DNA from: a virus
Taxonomy: Duplodnaviria; Caudoviricetes
IMG/VR virus record: IMGVR_UViG_3300042938_001279
Coordinates: 1 to 60,562 of that record
Strand: one strand, 5' to 3'
DNA length: 60,562 nt
Shown: positions 1 to 8,086 of the stretch, one piece after another
Layout of the letters: the number at the start of each line of letters is the position of its first letter
Numbering within the stretch: position 1 is the first letter of the stretch
The notes under the pieces: model-generated
The model's database searches: none
What the model saw: only the letters and a program-made list of their open reading frames with translations
Told to the model about the DNA's origin: nothing
Made by a program: the position numbers and the translations under genes

Positions 1-127
1 CCAAGGCCAAGGCCAAGGCTGCTCCGGCAAAGCCGGTCGCTCCGCCGGTCGCTCCCCCGAAGGTCTATGTCCAGCGGGTCGAAATCTACCGGGGTCGGGC
101 CCGGATCAAGGCTGTGACTCGTGACCA
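1..127. repeat. 127-bp terminal overlap identical to 60436-60562 (circular assembly overlap)
   Basis: Direct sequence identity. 127 is a common assembler k-mer, and an ORF reads through the junction. Confidence 0.95.
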
Positions 128-242
128 GCTCGACAACGTCATCGCTCAGCTTCAGGCCTTGAAGTCTCACCCGTCCCTGCTGACCTACGCTGAGTGCCAG
201 GTGGCCTTCCCGTGGGACAAGGAGGCCAACCGCCCCGCCTGA
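1..242 (+). CDS. 3' part of junction-spanning 150-aa Lys/Ala/Pro-rich early protein (starts at 60225)
   Basis: Frame is continuous across the overlap: ...KAKAKAAPAKPVAPP...FPWDKEANRPA*, TGA at 240-242. Confidence 0.8.
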   Translation, partial: KAKAKAAPAKPVAPPVAPPKVYVQRVEIYRGRARIKAVTRDQLDNVIAQLQALKSHPSLLTYAECQVAFPWDKEANRPA

Positions 243-272
243 CCCCTTCGGGGTCAGCAGTCATCGCAGTCC

Positions 273-319
273 AAAACCCCCCAGTCATCGGAGAAATCCG
301 GTGGCTGGGGGGTTTTTTT
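273..319 (+). terminator. long-stem hairpin + U-tract (terminator or RNase III-like site)
   Basis: CCCCCCAGTCATCGGA-GAAA-TCCGGTGGCTGGGGGG-T7, 16-bp stem with G-U pairs on the + strand. Confidence 0.8.
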
Positions 320-352
320 GTTGCCCTACCAAACCCTTCGGAGAAGCAGTTC

Positions 353-517
353 ATGGCCATTTCCAATGCTCCCCGGCTCGATTCCTACAGGCTGGAGACA
401 TGGAACGGTGAGAGGTGGCAGCTCATCGACAGGATTCCCGCCAAGAGCCGACGGCAGGCCGTTCGGCAGAACAAGATCGACATGGGCCGGTCGGTCTGGA
501 GGATCGTCAAGGCCTGA
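353..517 (+). CDS. hypothetical early protein (54 aa)
   Basis: ATG at 353 after GGAG RBS, sits between two hairpins. Confidence 0.7.
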   Translation: MAISNAPRLDSYRLETWNGERWQLIDRIPAKSRRQAVRQNKIDMGRSVWRIVKA

Positions 518-545
518 CGACGACGACGCAGTCTGTTCGAGAGAG

Positions 546-587
546 ACCCCGGAGTTGGTGGGAAACCACTGACTCCGGGGTTTTTTT
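546..587 (+). terminator. long-stem hairpin + U-tract
   Basis: ACCCCGGAGTTGGTGG-GAAA-CCACTGACTCCGGGGT-T6. Confidence 0.8.
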
Positions 588-623
588 GTTGCCCTATCCA
601 ACCACCCCTTCGGAGTCAGTCTC

Positions 624-863
624 ATGATTTCACCGCGTGTCGATGCCTTGCAGAGCCTTCGGGAGTATGCACAGGACAGGTTTCCGGGACGGTTCTCGAT
701 CGAGACTCAGGTCATCAGGCAGGGCAGGTTCTGTGTGTCCATCTGGGTCTTCGGAGAGGCCGGGGAAGAGGACATGGTCAGGCATTCCGCCATCTGCCAG
801 TCCATCTTGGAGGCCGCGGTCTCCCTCCGGGAGGAGCTTTGCGAAGTCTGGGCCAACGTGTGA
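624..863 (+). CDS. hypothetical early protein (79 aa)
   Basis: GGAG RBS. The stop overlaps the repeat element. Confidence 0.75.
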   Translation: MISPRVDALQSLREYAQDRFPGRFSIETQVIRQGRFCVSIWVFGEAGEEDMVRHSAICQSILEAAVSLREELCEVWANV

Positions 864-916
864 TCGATCGATCCCCCGTGTGCCCGCTGCCCCTTCGGGG
901 TGGGCCACGGGGTTTT
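861..916 (+). repeat. early intergenic repeat element, copy C
   Basis: TGATCGATCGATC...GCTGCCCCTTCGGGGTGGGCCACGGGGTTTT. Confidence 0.9.
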
Positions 917-962
917 GGCGGCGACGACGGTGGTTCCGCTTCCCTCTCAGCAAGGACATTCC

Positions 963-1130
963 ATGCCTGATCCAGCACAGATTCGAGTCGAAGAGCTTCT
1001 CGAAGTGGCTTCGGAGGAGGGACTGCTCACCGAAGTGGTGGTGGCTGCCCTCCGGGAGATGAAGGCTCACCCAGACATCTCAGTCGAGGAGGCCATGGAG
1101 AATGGCCTGTACAGATGGGTTCATGGATGA
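963..1130 (+). CDS. hypothetical acidic early protein (55 aa)
   Basis: AAGGA RBS, ATG at 963: MPDPAQIRVEELLEV... Confidence 0.7.
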   Translation: MPDPAQIRVEELLEVASEEGLLTEVVVAALREMKAHPDISVEEAMENGLYRWVHG

Positions 1131-1183
1131 TCAAGGTTAGTAGGTCTTAGCTGTTTCCCTATCCCTTTCCACAGGAGAGTTTC

Positions 1184-1399
1184 ATGTCTGTCACTCGTGG
1201 TCGTTCGATCAGTCGCATCTTCACCAGCACCTTCACCCTCAAGGTCAAGCACAACAGGACTGATGCTTGGCAGTCCATCGACAGTGTCCTCGCAATCTCC
1301 GCGGTGGAGGCGCTGAAGGGGTTCCGCTCCCGACGGGCCAAAGGTCTGGATTCCTTGGAGCGGAGCTTCTACCGATGGAAGGTCGTGGCTGGCAAGTAA
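1184..1399 (+). CDS. hypothetical basic early protein (71 aa)
   Basis: CACAGGAGAGTTTCATG leader, which is repeated before 1498. Confidence 0.75.
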   Translation: MSVTRGRSISRIFTSTFTLKVKHNRTDAWQSIDSVLAISAVEALKGFRSRRAKGLDSLERSFYRWKVVAGK

Positions 1400-1400
1400 T

Positions 1401-1452
1401 TCGATCGATCGCACGCTCACGCTGCCCCTTCGGGGAGGGCCACGGGGTTTTT
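1401..1452 (+). repeat. early intergenic repeat element, copy D
   Basis: TCGATCGATCG...GCTGCCCCTTCGGGGAGGGCCACGGGGTTTTT. Confidence 0.9.
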
Positions 1453-1497
1453 CCAGTGGCGACGGTTCGGTTTCACTTCGTTTCACAGGAGAGTTTC

Positions 1498-1731
1498 ATG
1501 TCTTCATCGATGGTCAAGCAGCTTCGGCTAGCTTCTCGTGTCCTCGGCAGTCGCTCAGTCCTCAATACCCTCCAGTCCATTCGTCAGTCGGACCTGTTGG
1601 GTGGTGATGTCCATGCTGCCAACGAAATCGCTGACGTTCAAAGGGCGATCCGCCGTGTCCTCAAGGTCACCCGTCAGCTCGACAAGCTGATGGCTGTCCA
1701 CAACGTCAAGCCTGGAAAGGAGGTGGCCTGA
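1498..1731 (+). CDS. hypothetical early protein (77 aa)
   Basis: AGGAG RBS. TGATG coupling to the next gene. Confidence 0.75.
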   Translation: MSSSMVKQLRLASRVLGSRSVLNTLQSIRQSDLLGGDVHAANEIADVQRAIRRVLKVTRQLDKLMAVHNVKPGKEVA

Positions 1732-2132
1732 TGGATGGCAACGAAGTTGTCGGTGTCGCTCTCATCAAGAGCATCTGCCCCCGCTGCTGTTCAACGACTG
1801 ACGATGCCATTGTCATGAACACCCGGCTGACGAAGAAGAATGCCGATGAGGTCAAAAGCCTTCACGGCAAGGTGACTTCGGCTCAGTGGTGCAAGGATTG
1901 CAAGGCTGTCGTTGATGGTGGCGGCATCTGGCTTGTCGAAGTTGACCCCGACCAGTCTGAACTGGACGACGATGGCACGATCAAGAACGAGAATGCCTAC
2001 CGGACAGGCAGGGCTTGGGCAATCCGAAGGGAGGCTGCCGAGAGAATCTTCACAGTCCCTCCGGCCCCGATGATGTTCATAGATCAGAGGGCTGCCACGC
2101 AGATCGGACTTCCCGAGCCGACTGAATCCTGA
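1731..2132 (+). CDS. hypothetical protein with two CxxC pairs (putative Zn-binding)
   Basis: CPRC and CKDC motifs, AGGAGG RBS. Confidence 0.8.
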   Translation: MDGNEVVGVALIKSICPRCCSTTDDAIVMNTRLTKKNADEVKSLHGKVTSAQWCKDCKAVVDGGGIWLVEVDPDQSELDDDGTIKNENAYRTGRAWAIRREAAERIFTVPPAPMMFIDQRAATQIGLPEPTES

Positions 2133-2156
2133 CCTCACTGACTACCGCTTCTTCGC

Positions 2157-2202
2157 AACCCCCGGTTCATCGTCATTACTGACGGTGGGCCGGGGGTTTT
2201 TT
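2157..2202 (+). terminator. long-stem hairpin + U-tract
   Basis: AACCCCCGGTTCATCGTCA-TTAC-TGACGGTGGGCCGGGGGTT-TTTT. Confidence 0.8.
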
Positions 2203-2236
2203 GTTGTCTGGTCTCACCCTAACCATTGGAGTTCTC

Positions 2237-2593
2237 ATGCCCACCACGATGCTGAAGCCGACGAAGACAGTCAGCCATGTCGAGATGATCGAAGTCCGCA
2301 AGGCCGATGCCGCTGCCCGGCTGGAGTACCACCAGGATCGGCAGCTTCAGGCTCAGAACCTGCGGAAAGAGTTCGGATATCTGGGTGACGACGAGACAGT
2401 CTTCGCCATGCACTGGCTGGCTGTTGCCTTCACCGCTGTCCCAAGTCTGGCTAAGTGGGCTGCCACCAAGACCGTCGATGGTCGGAAGCCAAGTCCGGTG
2501 CAGCTTCAGAAGCTGGCCTTCAAGTGGTTGCTCCAGCCAGTCTCTGCTGCTTCGAGGGGGAAGGTCTTCGGTGCCCTCACCGGAGCAGCATGA
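2237..2593 (+). CDS. hypothetical protein (118 aa)
   Basis: GGAG RBS before ATG at 2237. Confidence 0.75.
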   Translation: MPTTMLKPTKTVSHVEMIEVRKADAAARLEYHQDRQLQAQNLRKEFGYLGDDETVFAMHWLAVAFTAVPSLAKWAATKTVDGRKPSPVQLQKLAFKWLLQPVSAASRGKVFGALTGAA

Positions 2594-2773
2594 GTGAGCG
2601 AGGCCGCCCTGCTTGGTGGTCTTGCATTCTTGATCTTGTACTCCCTCGGTCCACTGGTCTTTGGAGTGGCAGTCGGAGTGATTCTCGTTGCCTGTTTCCT
2701 AGCTCTAGTCCTCTACATCACTGGTCAGTTTTTCGTGTTGATTGGTTTCCTAGTTCAGTCCCTTCACCCATAG
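2594..2773 (+). CDS. small membrane protein (59 aa), not in the ORF track
   Basis: GTG start, GGAG 8 nt upstream. MSEAALLGGLAFLILYSLGPLVFGVAVGVILVACFLALVLYITGQFFVLIGFLVQSLHP*. Fills the gap exactly. Confidence 0.65.
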   Translation: MSEAALLGGLAFLILYSLGPLVFGVAVGVILVACFLALVLYITGQFFVLIGFLVQSLHP

Positions 2774-2781
2774 AGAACACC

Positions 2782-3159
2782 ATGCCCAAGAACGAAACCG
2801 TCGATGAGTTTTCCGCCCTCATGGCAGACATCTGCAAGGACAACCCCGAGATTGTGGAGGCTGTCAAGCTGGCTGTCGAAGCTCCGGTGGCTGTCGCCAC
2901 GCCGAAGCCTGCTGCCGACAAGGCCGATGCCAAGAAGCAGCGTGACCCCGTGGCCAAGACCATGATCGATTTCCCCGGATGTCCCTTCGAGTCCTCGGTG
3001 GCTGACGACAAGGGCTACCTGAACATGGGGTTCACCAAGTACAGCCGAGCCTTCCTCTACGAGGACAAGCTGGAGCAGGTGATTCGATTCTTCCAGCAGC
3101 ATGGCGATGCCTATCTCGCCGTGGCCAAGGCCTCTGGACTGCGTAACCCCGGCAAGTGA
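2782..3159 (+). CDS. hypothetical protein (125 aa)
   Basis: MPKNETVDEF..., phage-like codon usage, followed by a hairpin. Confidence 0.75.
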   Translation: MPKNETVDEFSALMADICKDNPEIVEAVKLAVEAPVAVATPKPAADKADAKKQRDPVAKTMIDFPGCPFESSVADDKGYLNMGFTKYSRAFLYEDKLEQVIRFFQQHGDAYLAVAKASGLRNPGK

Positions 3160-3165
3160 CCACTG

Positions 3166-3212
3166 CCACTGGGGTAGAGGAATGGATGCCTCTATCCCAG
3201 TGGTTTTCTTTT
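3166..3212 (+). terminator. long-stem hairpin + U-tract
   Basis: CCACTGGGGTAGAGG...CCTCTATCCCAGTGG-TTTTCTTTT, 15-bp stem. Confidence 0.75.
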
Positions 3213-3304
3213 CCTTCCTTCAACCAATGAGGTGACTCGTGGACTGGCTTGAAGACATCGTGGATTTCATGAACACACATGCCTTTGATGAGGACGAGTG
3301 AAGT

Positions 3305-3589
3305 ATGAAGCGACGACTCATGGATGAGCTGGTTGCAAGGCGGCGGGCCAAGCTGTGGTCTGCCATGAATCCCGGTACCCCGAGAGAGATGGGCCGGTTC
3401 AGGAAAAACAGCATTGGTTGTCTGGTCACCCAGTGTTCGCTCTGCAAGGGGCATAAGTATCCGAAGCGTATTCCTTCCAAGAAAGAGGTGTTCGATGAAT
3501 GCGGCAACTGTGGGATTCGACGGGTCGGGGCTGGACGGTGCGTTTGCATGGTGGGAGCCGGGTCAGATGAGGGTCTCCGCGCTGCGTGA
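3305..3589 (+). CDS. hypothetical basic Cys-containing protein
   Basis: ORF track, CSLC motif. The 3' end overlaps the next gene by 95 nt. Confidence 0.5.
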   Translation: MKRRLMDELVARRRAKLWSAMNPGTPREMGRFRKNSIGCLVTQCSLCKGHKYPKRIPSKKEVFDECGNCGIRRVGAGRCVCMVGAGSDEGLRAA

Positions 3590-4391
3590 TGCCCTCGACA
3601 AGGCCAATCTTTCCAACCTCCTGCCGAAGGCAAGCACCGTGCCGTCTGCCCTCAAGGAGACTCTCAGTGGCTTCGTGACTGCCGCAAACCTGAAGGTTCG
3701 TGGTTTGCCTATTGTCATCAACCCGCTCGCCAACGAGGTCAAAGGCTGCGAAGCGGTGCAGCGAAAGCCCGGTCAGCAGGTCAATGAGTTTGCCCACATC
3801 ATGTCGATCGTGCTGGACGAGACCACCGACAAGGTGCATATCGCCAGCCACAACCCGACGTTCTTCAGCATGCCCAACCAACGGGCTGTCGAGGACAAGA
3901 TGACCGATGTCTACCGGAACCAGCTCGACTGGTACCCCACTCCGATGGTGTCTTCCTGCTTGGCACGAGCCATCGAGCACCTCGGAGGCCTTCTCTGCCG
4001 CAAGACTGGAGGCGTCTACTACATCCCCGAGACTGCGATCGATCGGTTCGAGACTCTTGCGGATTACATGGACTCCGCCGAGGGGGACATGTCGATCACG
4101 ATCACCAAGTTTCCCCTCATCCCCGGAGAGAGGAGCTACCGGCTGGTCGCTCAGTCTCTGGAACGTGAGGTCAACGAGGCTGTTGCCGCTGTGGAGGAAG
4201 CTCTTCGGAGCATCGGCAAGCAGCGTGCCAATGGCAAGGTTTCGAGAACGGAGATGCTTGTTGCCTTGCTTGCCAAGGTTCAGAGCTACGGGGCAATCCT
4301 TGGCCTGCCGATGACTCATGTCCTCGAAGCAATTGCTAAGTGCCAAGAGGCTGTCGATGCCCACGCTGCGATCGAAGACCTGACACTCTGA
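3495..4391 (+). CDS. DUF3150/DUF6744-like protein
   Basis: GAGGTG RBS, 'GGVYYIP' motif, coiled C-terminus, position upstream of MoxR + vWA genes. Family recalled, not searched. Confidence 0.6.
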   Translation: MNAATVGFDGSGLDGAFAWWEPGQMRVSALRDALDKANLSNLLPKASTVPSALKETLSGFVTAANLKVRGLPIVINPLANEVKGCEAVQRKPGQQVNEFAHIMSIVLDETTDKVHIASHNPTFFSMPNQRAVEDKMTDVYRNQLDWYPTPMVSSCLARAIEHLGGLLCRKTGGVYYIPETAIDRFETLADYMDSAEGDMSITITKFPLIPGERSYRLVAQSLEREVNEAVAAVEEALRSIGKQRANGKVSRTEMLVALLAKVQSYGAILGLPMTHVLEAIAKCQEAVDAHAAIEDLTL

Positions 4392-4442
4392 TCGATCGAT
4401 CGCACACACCCGCTGCCCCTTCGGGGAGGGCCACGGGGTTTT
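4389..4442 (+). repeat. early intergenic repeat element, copy E
   Basis: TGATCGATCGATCG...GCTGCCCCTTCGGGGAGGGCCACGGGGTTTT. Confidence 0.9.
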
Positions 4443-4480
4443 GTCGCTGCCCTTCACCACCACCACCACGGAGATGATCA

Positions 4481-5647
4481 ATGACCACACCAGTGTTGAC
4501 CGAGCAGATGCGGCGAAAGAACTGGGCGATGGCGTGTGCCAACGTCGCTGCTTGGATCGTGGCCTTGGCCCGACGGAATGCCATGCTGTGGGGCTCACCG
4601 GGCAAGAGCAAGACTGCCAGCATGCAGGCCTTTGCCAGGGCTCAGGGCATGGAGTTCCTGCTGCTCATCGGCAGCAACATGGCACCGGAGGATGTCGGCG
4701 GAATCCCCCATGTCTTGACCGCTGAGCAGTTCTTCCGTGCCATGCCACCCTTCTGGGCAGAGCGACTGACCAGACCTGGCGTGGTGGTGGGATGCGACGA
4801 GTTTACCTGCACCCCGCCGTCGGTTCGGGCTCCGCTCCAGACCATGTTCTCCGATCGCAAGATCGGGCAGATGGATATTCACCCGGACAATATCCTGCTT
4901 GCCGCTGCCAATCCTCCGAAGTGGGCACCGAATGCAAGCCCGATGGAGAAGGCAATGGCAAACAGGTTTGTTCACTTCGACTTCATCCACAACTACGAGG
5001 CATGGAAGAAGGGCATGTCTTCGGAGCGTGATGAGTGGGGCAAGGTATGGATTCCTACCATGCCTGGTGACTGGCGTCGGTTCGTCCCCAAGTGGGGTGA
5101 CCTCATCAACTCCTACCTCGACAAGAACTCCAATGACCGGGACCAGCCGCCCCCGGAGAGTGACGACGAGAATGCCTACCCCACTCCTCGTAGCTGGCAT
5201 GTCCTTCGGGACTGCCTCGCTGCGGCGGAAGCTGTCGGTGCCCCCGGCATGGTGGAGTCTGCCCTCTGCCACGGTGCGATCGGCAAGGTGGTCGGCGCCA
5301 ACTTCCTCAGGTTCAAGGCGACCCTCGACCTGATGGACCCCGAGGAAGTGCTGTCCGGCAAGAAGCAGTTCAGGTTCGACTCGCTTCGGCCTGACTTGGC
5401 TTCGGCCATGCTGGTCAGTCTGGTCTCGGCACTGAAGTCCAACTTCACGACCGACCGACTGGACGTTGCCTCCGAGGTGTTCTGCATCGACATCGGCAAG
5501 CATGCCGCTGACCTTGCCTTCACCCAGCTTCGGCATCTGGTCAACACCCGACCGGAAGGATCACCGATCCCGCCGAAGTCTCTGAAGATCATCTCGGAGT
5601 TCGGCAAGAACGTGCCGCCCGAGGTTCGCAACCGGGGCAAGTCGTGA
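4481..5647 (+). CDS. MoxR-like AAA+ ATPase
   Basis: Walker A GSPGKSKT, PEDVGGIP, Walker B VVVGCDEF, sensor AAANP, Arg finger ANRF, TPRSW. Confidence 0.9.
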   Translation: MTTPVLTEQMRRKNWAMACANVAAWIVALARRNAMLWGSPGKSKTASMQAFARAQGMEFLLLIGSNMAPEDVGGIPHVLTAEQFFRAMPPFWAERLTRPGVVVGCDEFTCTPPSVRAPLQTMFSDRKIGQMDIHPDNILLAAANPPKWAPNASPMEKAMANRFVHFDFIHNYEAWKKGMSSERDEWGKVWIPTMPGDWRRFVPKWGDLINSYLDKNSNDRDQPPPESDDENAYPTPRSWHVLRDCLAAAEAVGAPGMVESALCHGAIGKVVGANFLRFKATLDLMDPEEVLSGKKQFRFDSLRPDLASAMLVSLVSALKSNFTTDRLDVASEVFCIDIGKHAADLAFTQLRHLVNTRPEGSPIPPKSLKIISEFGKNVPPEVRNRGKS

Positions 5648-6132
5648 GTACCGGCAAGCCCATGAATCTGGATCGGTCCCTGCTTGAGAGCTTGTACCTC
5701 AAGCAGGGACTGACGGTGAAGGTGATAGCTACTCGGCTTGGATGCGGACCGTCCGCAGTCAACCGAGCAATCCTGAAGTTCGGCCTGACCAAAACCCCTA
5801 AGGACAAGACCATGCCACTGTTCATGCAAGAGATCGAGATCGTCAAGACCACGACCATGACCATCGTGTTCGAGGCAGCGGATGCCAAGGCTGCCGCCCT
5901 CATCGTGGAAGCCCTGGAAGACAGTGCAGACGAAGGCTTGTACGAAGAGATCGCTGACGAGGGATCGTCCGATGGGCATTCGACGCACGAGAACTTCAGC
6001 ATGCACGTCCTCTCCTTCCCGGAAGCAGAGACTCGTGGTGCTGCCCCCAAGCCCTGCCCCAAGGGGATTGCGAAGACCTATTCGATGAGCGATTTCGTGA
6101 ACGACTGGGTGACCGACAACGAGGAGGAGTGA
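5644..6132 (+). CDS. HTH-containing hypothetical protein (possible second in-frame start at 5812)
   Basis: LYLKQGLTVKVIATRLGCGPSAVNRAI resembles an HTH. Confidence 0.6.
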   Translation: MSTGKPMNLDRSLLESLYLKQGLTVKVIATRLGCGPSAVNRAILKFGLTKTPKDKTMPLFMQEIEIVKTTTMTIVFEAADAKAAALIVEALEDSADEGLYEEIADEGSSDGHSTHENFSMHVLSFPEAETRGAAPKPCPKGIAKTYSMSDFVNDWVTDNEEE

Positions 6133-6350
6133 TGCCAGCCACTGGCAAGAGGGAACTGGACGAGGACTACAAGCCGCTGGCCTTCGAGGAACTGGCAGCG
6201 GTGTTCCGGGTGGCCAAAGCCATGGAGGAGTACGTCGTCTGCTCCAAGAACCCGATGGTCGAGGACAAGAACGGGATGCTTGTGGACTTGGACACAGTCC
6301 ATAAGGCACTGACGAGGATCAAGTTCATCACCCCAGAGGAACAGTCATGA
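6129..6350 (+). CDS. hypothetical protein
   Basis: Coupled to both neighbours, GAGGAG RBS. Confidence 0.7.
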   Translation: MMPATGKRELDEDYKPLAFEELAAVFRVAKAMEEYVVCSKNPMVEDKNGMLVDLDTVHKALTRIKFITPEEQS

Positions 6351-8086
6351 CCACCGCAACGATTGACCCCGACATTTCCAGGATGTCGATGCGTGAGAGG
6401 GTAGTCCACTACCGGCTCATGACATTCCAGTGGTTCCCATACCTCACGCCATATGTCTACAGCTTGGTGCTGGTCGAGCGTCCCGGCATCGGGACCATGG
6501 CCGTCGATCGGCATGGCCGCATGTATTACGATCCTGCCTTCGTTGTCACTCTGACCTTGGAGCAAGGTGGCTACGTCGTGATGCACGAGACTTGGCATCT
6601 CGTGCTTCGCCACTGTCACCGATCGAAGGACATCATCGGTGAGAACCCGACAGCCCGTCAGCGTGGCAGGCTCAACACTGCCTATGACTGCGTGGTGTGG
6701 GAGTTGATGGAGCCGATTGCCCACCATGCTCCCGTCATCAAGGGCGGCAGCATCGTCACGTTCCCCCTGCTTCAGGCCAAGTACCCGAAGCTCAAGCGGA
6801 ACATGCTGCCGTCGATGATCTACTCCATCATGCTGGAGCAGGACGAGGAAGAGGAGCGGCAGGCTGAGCAGAGGCGTGAGCAGGAACGCAAGGAGCGGGA
6901 GGAGCAGGCCAAGCAACAGCCTCAGCAGGACGAGGACGACGAGACTGACGACGAGGATGCCGAGGACGAGGAGCAGGACGAAGACCCGGAGTTTGACCTG
7001 TCCGATGACGAGGACGAGTATGACCCTGCCGATGACAGCGAAGACTTTGAGGACACCCCGTCCAGCTACGAAGAGGATGGCGACGGCAAGGATGGCGATG
7101 ACGATGGAGATGCCGACGAGGACGAGGATGCCGAGGACTCCGAGGGTGGCGAGGGCGATGACGTTGGTCCGTTTCCCCAGCCCACCAAGCGTGAGAAGAA
7201 GGTCAAGCAGGAGGTCGATGCCGATGCGAGCGACGAGGGTGACAGTGATCAGGATGGCGACGACACCACCAAGGAAGGCGGCGACAGCAGCGGCGAGGCT
7301 GAAGGCGGGGAGGATGACAGGCCCCGAGACAAGTGGGAGGACATGACCCCAGTCGGTGATGGGTCTTGCTCGGACGGCCAGCCTCGTGACTACGAGGAAG
7401 AACCGAATGACAACTGGGACAGCTTCATCGAGGATGAACTGCTCGACCGGGTGGAGAAGGAGATCGAGAACTGCGATCGACAGCATGTCCATGGCATCGG
7501 CCGTGTGCCCGGCTGCCTGAAGGAGTCCATCTCCAGCAAGCTCCGGCCCCAGCCGAACCCTTGGGACAAGCTCCGTGCTGCCTGTGGACTGGCTGCCGCC
7601 AATCCCCGTGGCCGACCGGACTTCACCTTCCAGCGGCCCAACCGCAGGCAGGCTGCCATGCCAAGCGGTCTGATCCTCAAGGGGCAGCGGAAGTATTCAC
7701 CGAAGGCAGTGGTGATCCTTGACTCGTCTGGTTCCATGACCACGCAGTGCAAGGTCAAGTGCCTGGCTGTGGTGGCACAGGGACTCAAGGCAGTGGGTGA
7801 TTTCCGGGTGATCGTCGGTGACACGATGGTCAGGCTGGACGAGCGGTTCACTTCGATGCCTAGCAACTTCGAGTTCAAGGGTGGCGGCGGCACCTGCATG
7901 GTGACGCTCATCAAGTATGCCGAGGAGAAGTACCACCCGGACCTGATCGTGCTGGGTACTGACTGCGGAACGGGATGGCCGGACAAGCCGACCAAGGCTC
8001 AGCTTATCGTGGCTGCCACCCAAGATGGGTACGTTCCCTCTTGGGCAACGAGAGTTCTGATTCCTGACGAAGGGAAGGTGAAGTGA
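6347..8086 (+). CDS. vWA-domain putative metallopeptidase (DUF2201-like) with long acidic linker
   Basis: N-terminal HETWH (HExxH), C-terminal MIDAS DSSGS, GGGT and TD motifs, D/E-rich centre. Confidence 0.85.
   Translation: MTTATIDPDISRMSMRERVVHYRLMTFQWFPYLTPYVYSLVLVERPGIGTMAVDRHGRMYYDPAFVVTLTLEQGGYVVMHETWHLVLRHCHRSKDIIGENPTARQRGRLNTAYDCVVWELMEPIAHHAPVIKGGSIVTFPLLQAKYPKLKRNMLPSMIYSIMLEQDEEEERQAEQRREQERKEREEQAKQQPQQDEDDETDDEDAEDEEQDEDPEFDLSDDEDEYDPADDSEDFEDTPSSYEEDGDGKDGDDDGDADEDEDAEDSEGGEGDDVGPFPQPTKREKKVKQEVDADASDEGDSDQDGDDTTKEGGDSSGEAEGGEDDRPRDKWEDMTPVGDGSCSDGQPRDYEEEPNDNWDSFIEDELLDRVEKEIENCDRQHVHGIGRVPGCLKESISSKLRPQPNPWDKLRAACGLAAANPRGRPDFTFQRPNRRQAAMPSGLILKGQRKYSPKAVVILDSSGSMTTQCKVKCLAVVAQGLKAVGDFRVIVGDTMVRLDERFTSMPSNFEFKGGGGTCMVTLIKYAEEKYHPDLIVLGTDCGTGWPDKPTKAQLIVAATQDGYVPSWATRVLIPDEGKVK

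Noticed and set aside
1-127. Terminal direct repeat as a biological DTR
   Set aside because: It is exactly 127 bp and falls mid-gene, so it is best explained as an assembler overlap.
861-4442. Early repeats as a CRISPR or guide-RNA array
   Set aside because: Copies are separated by whole genes at irregular distances (0.2-3 kb), and no cas-like gene is present.
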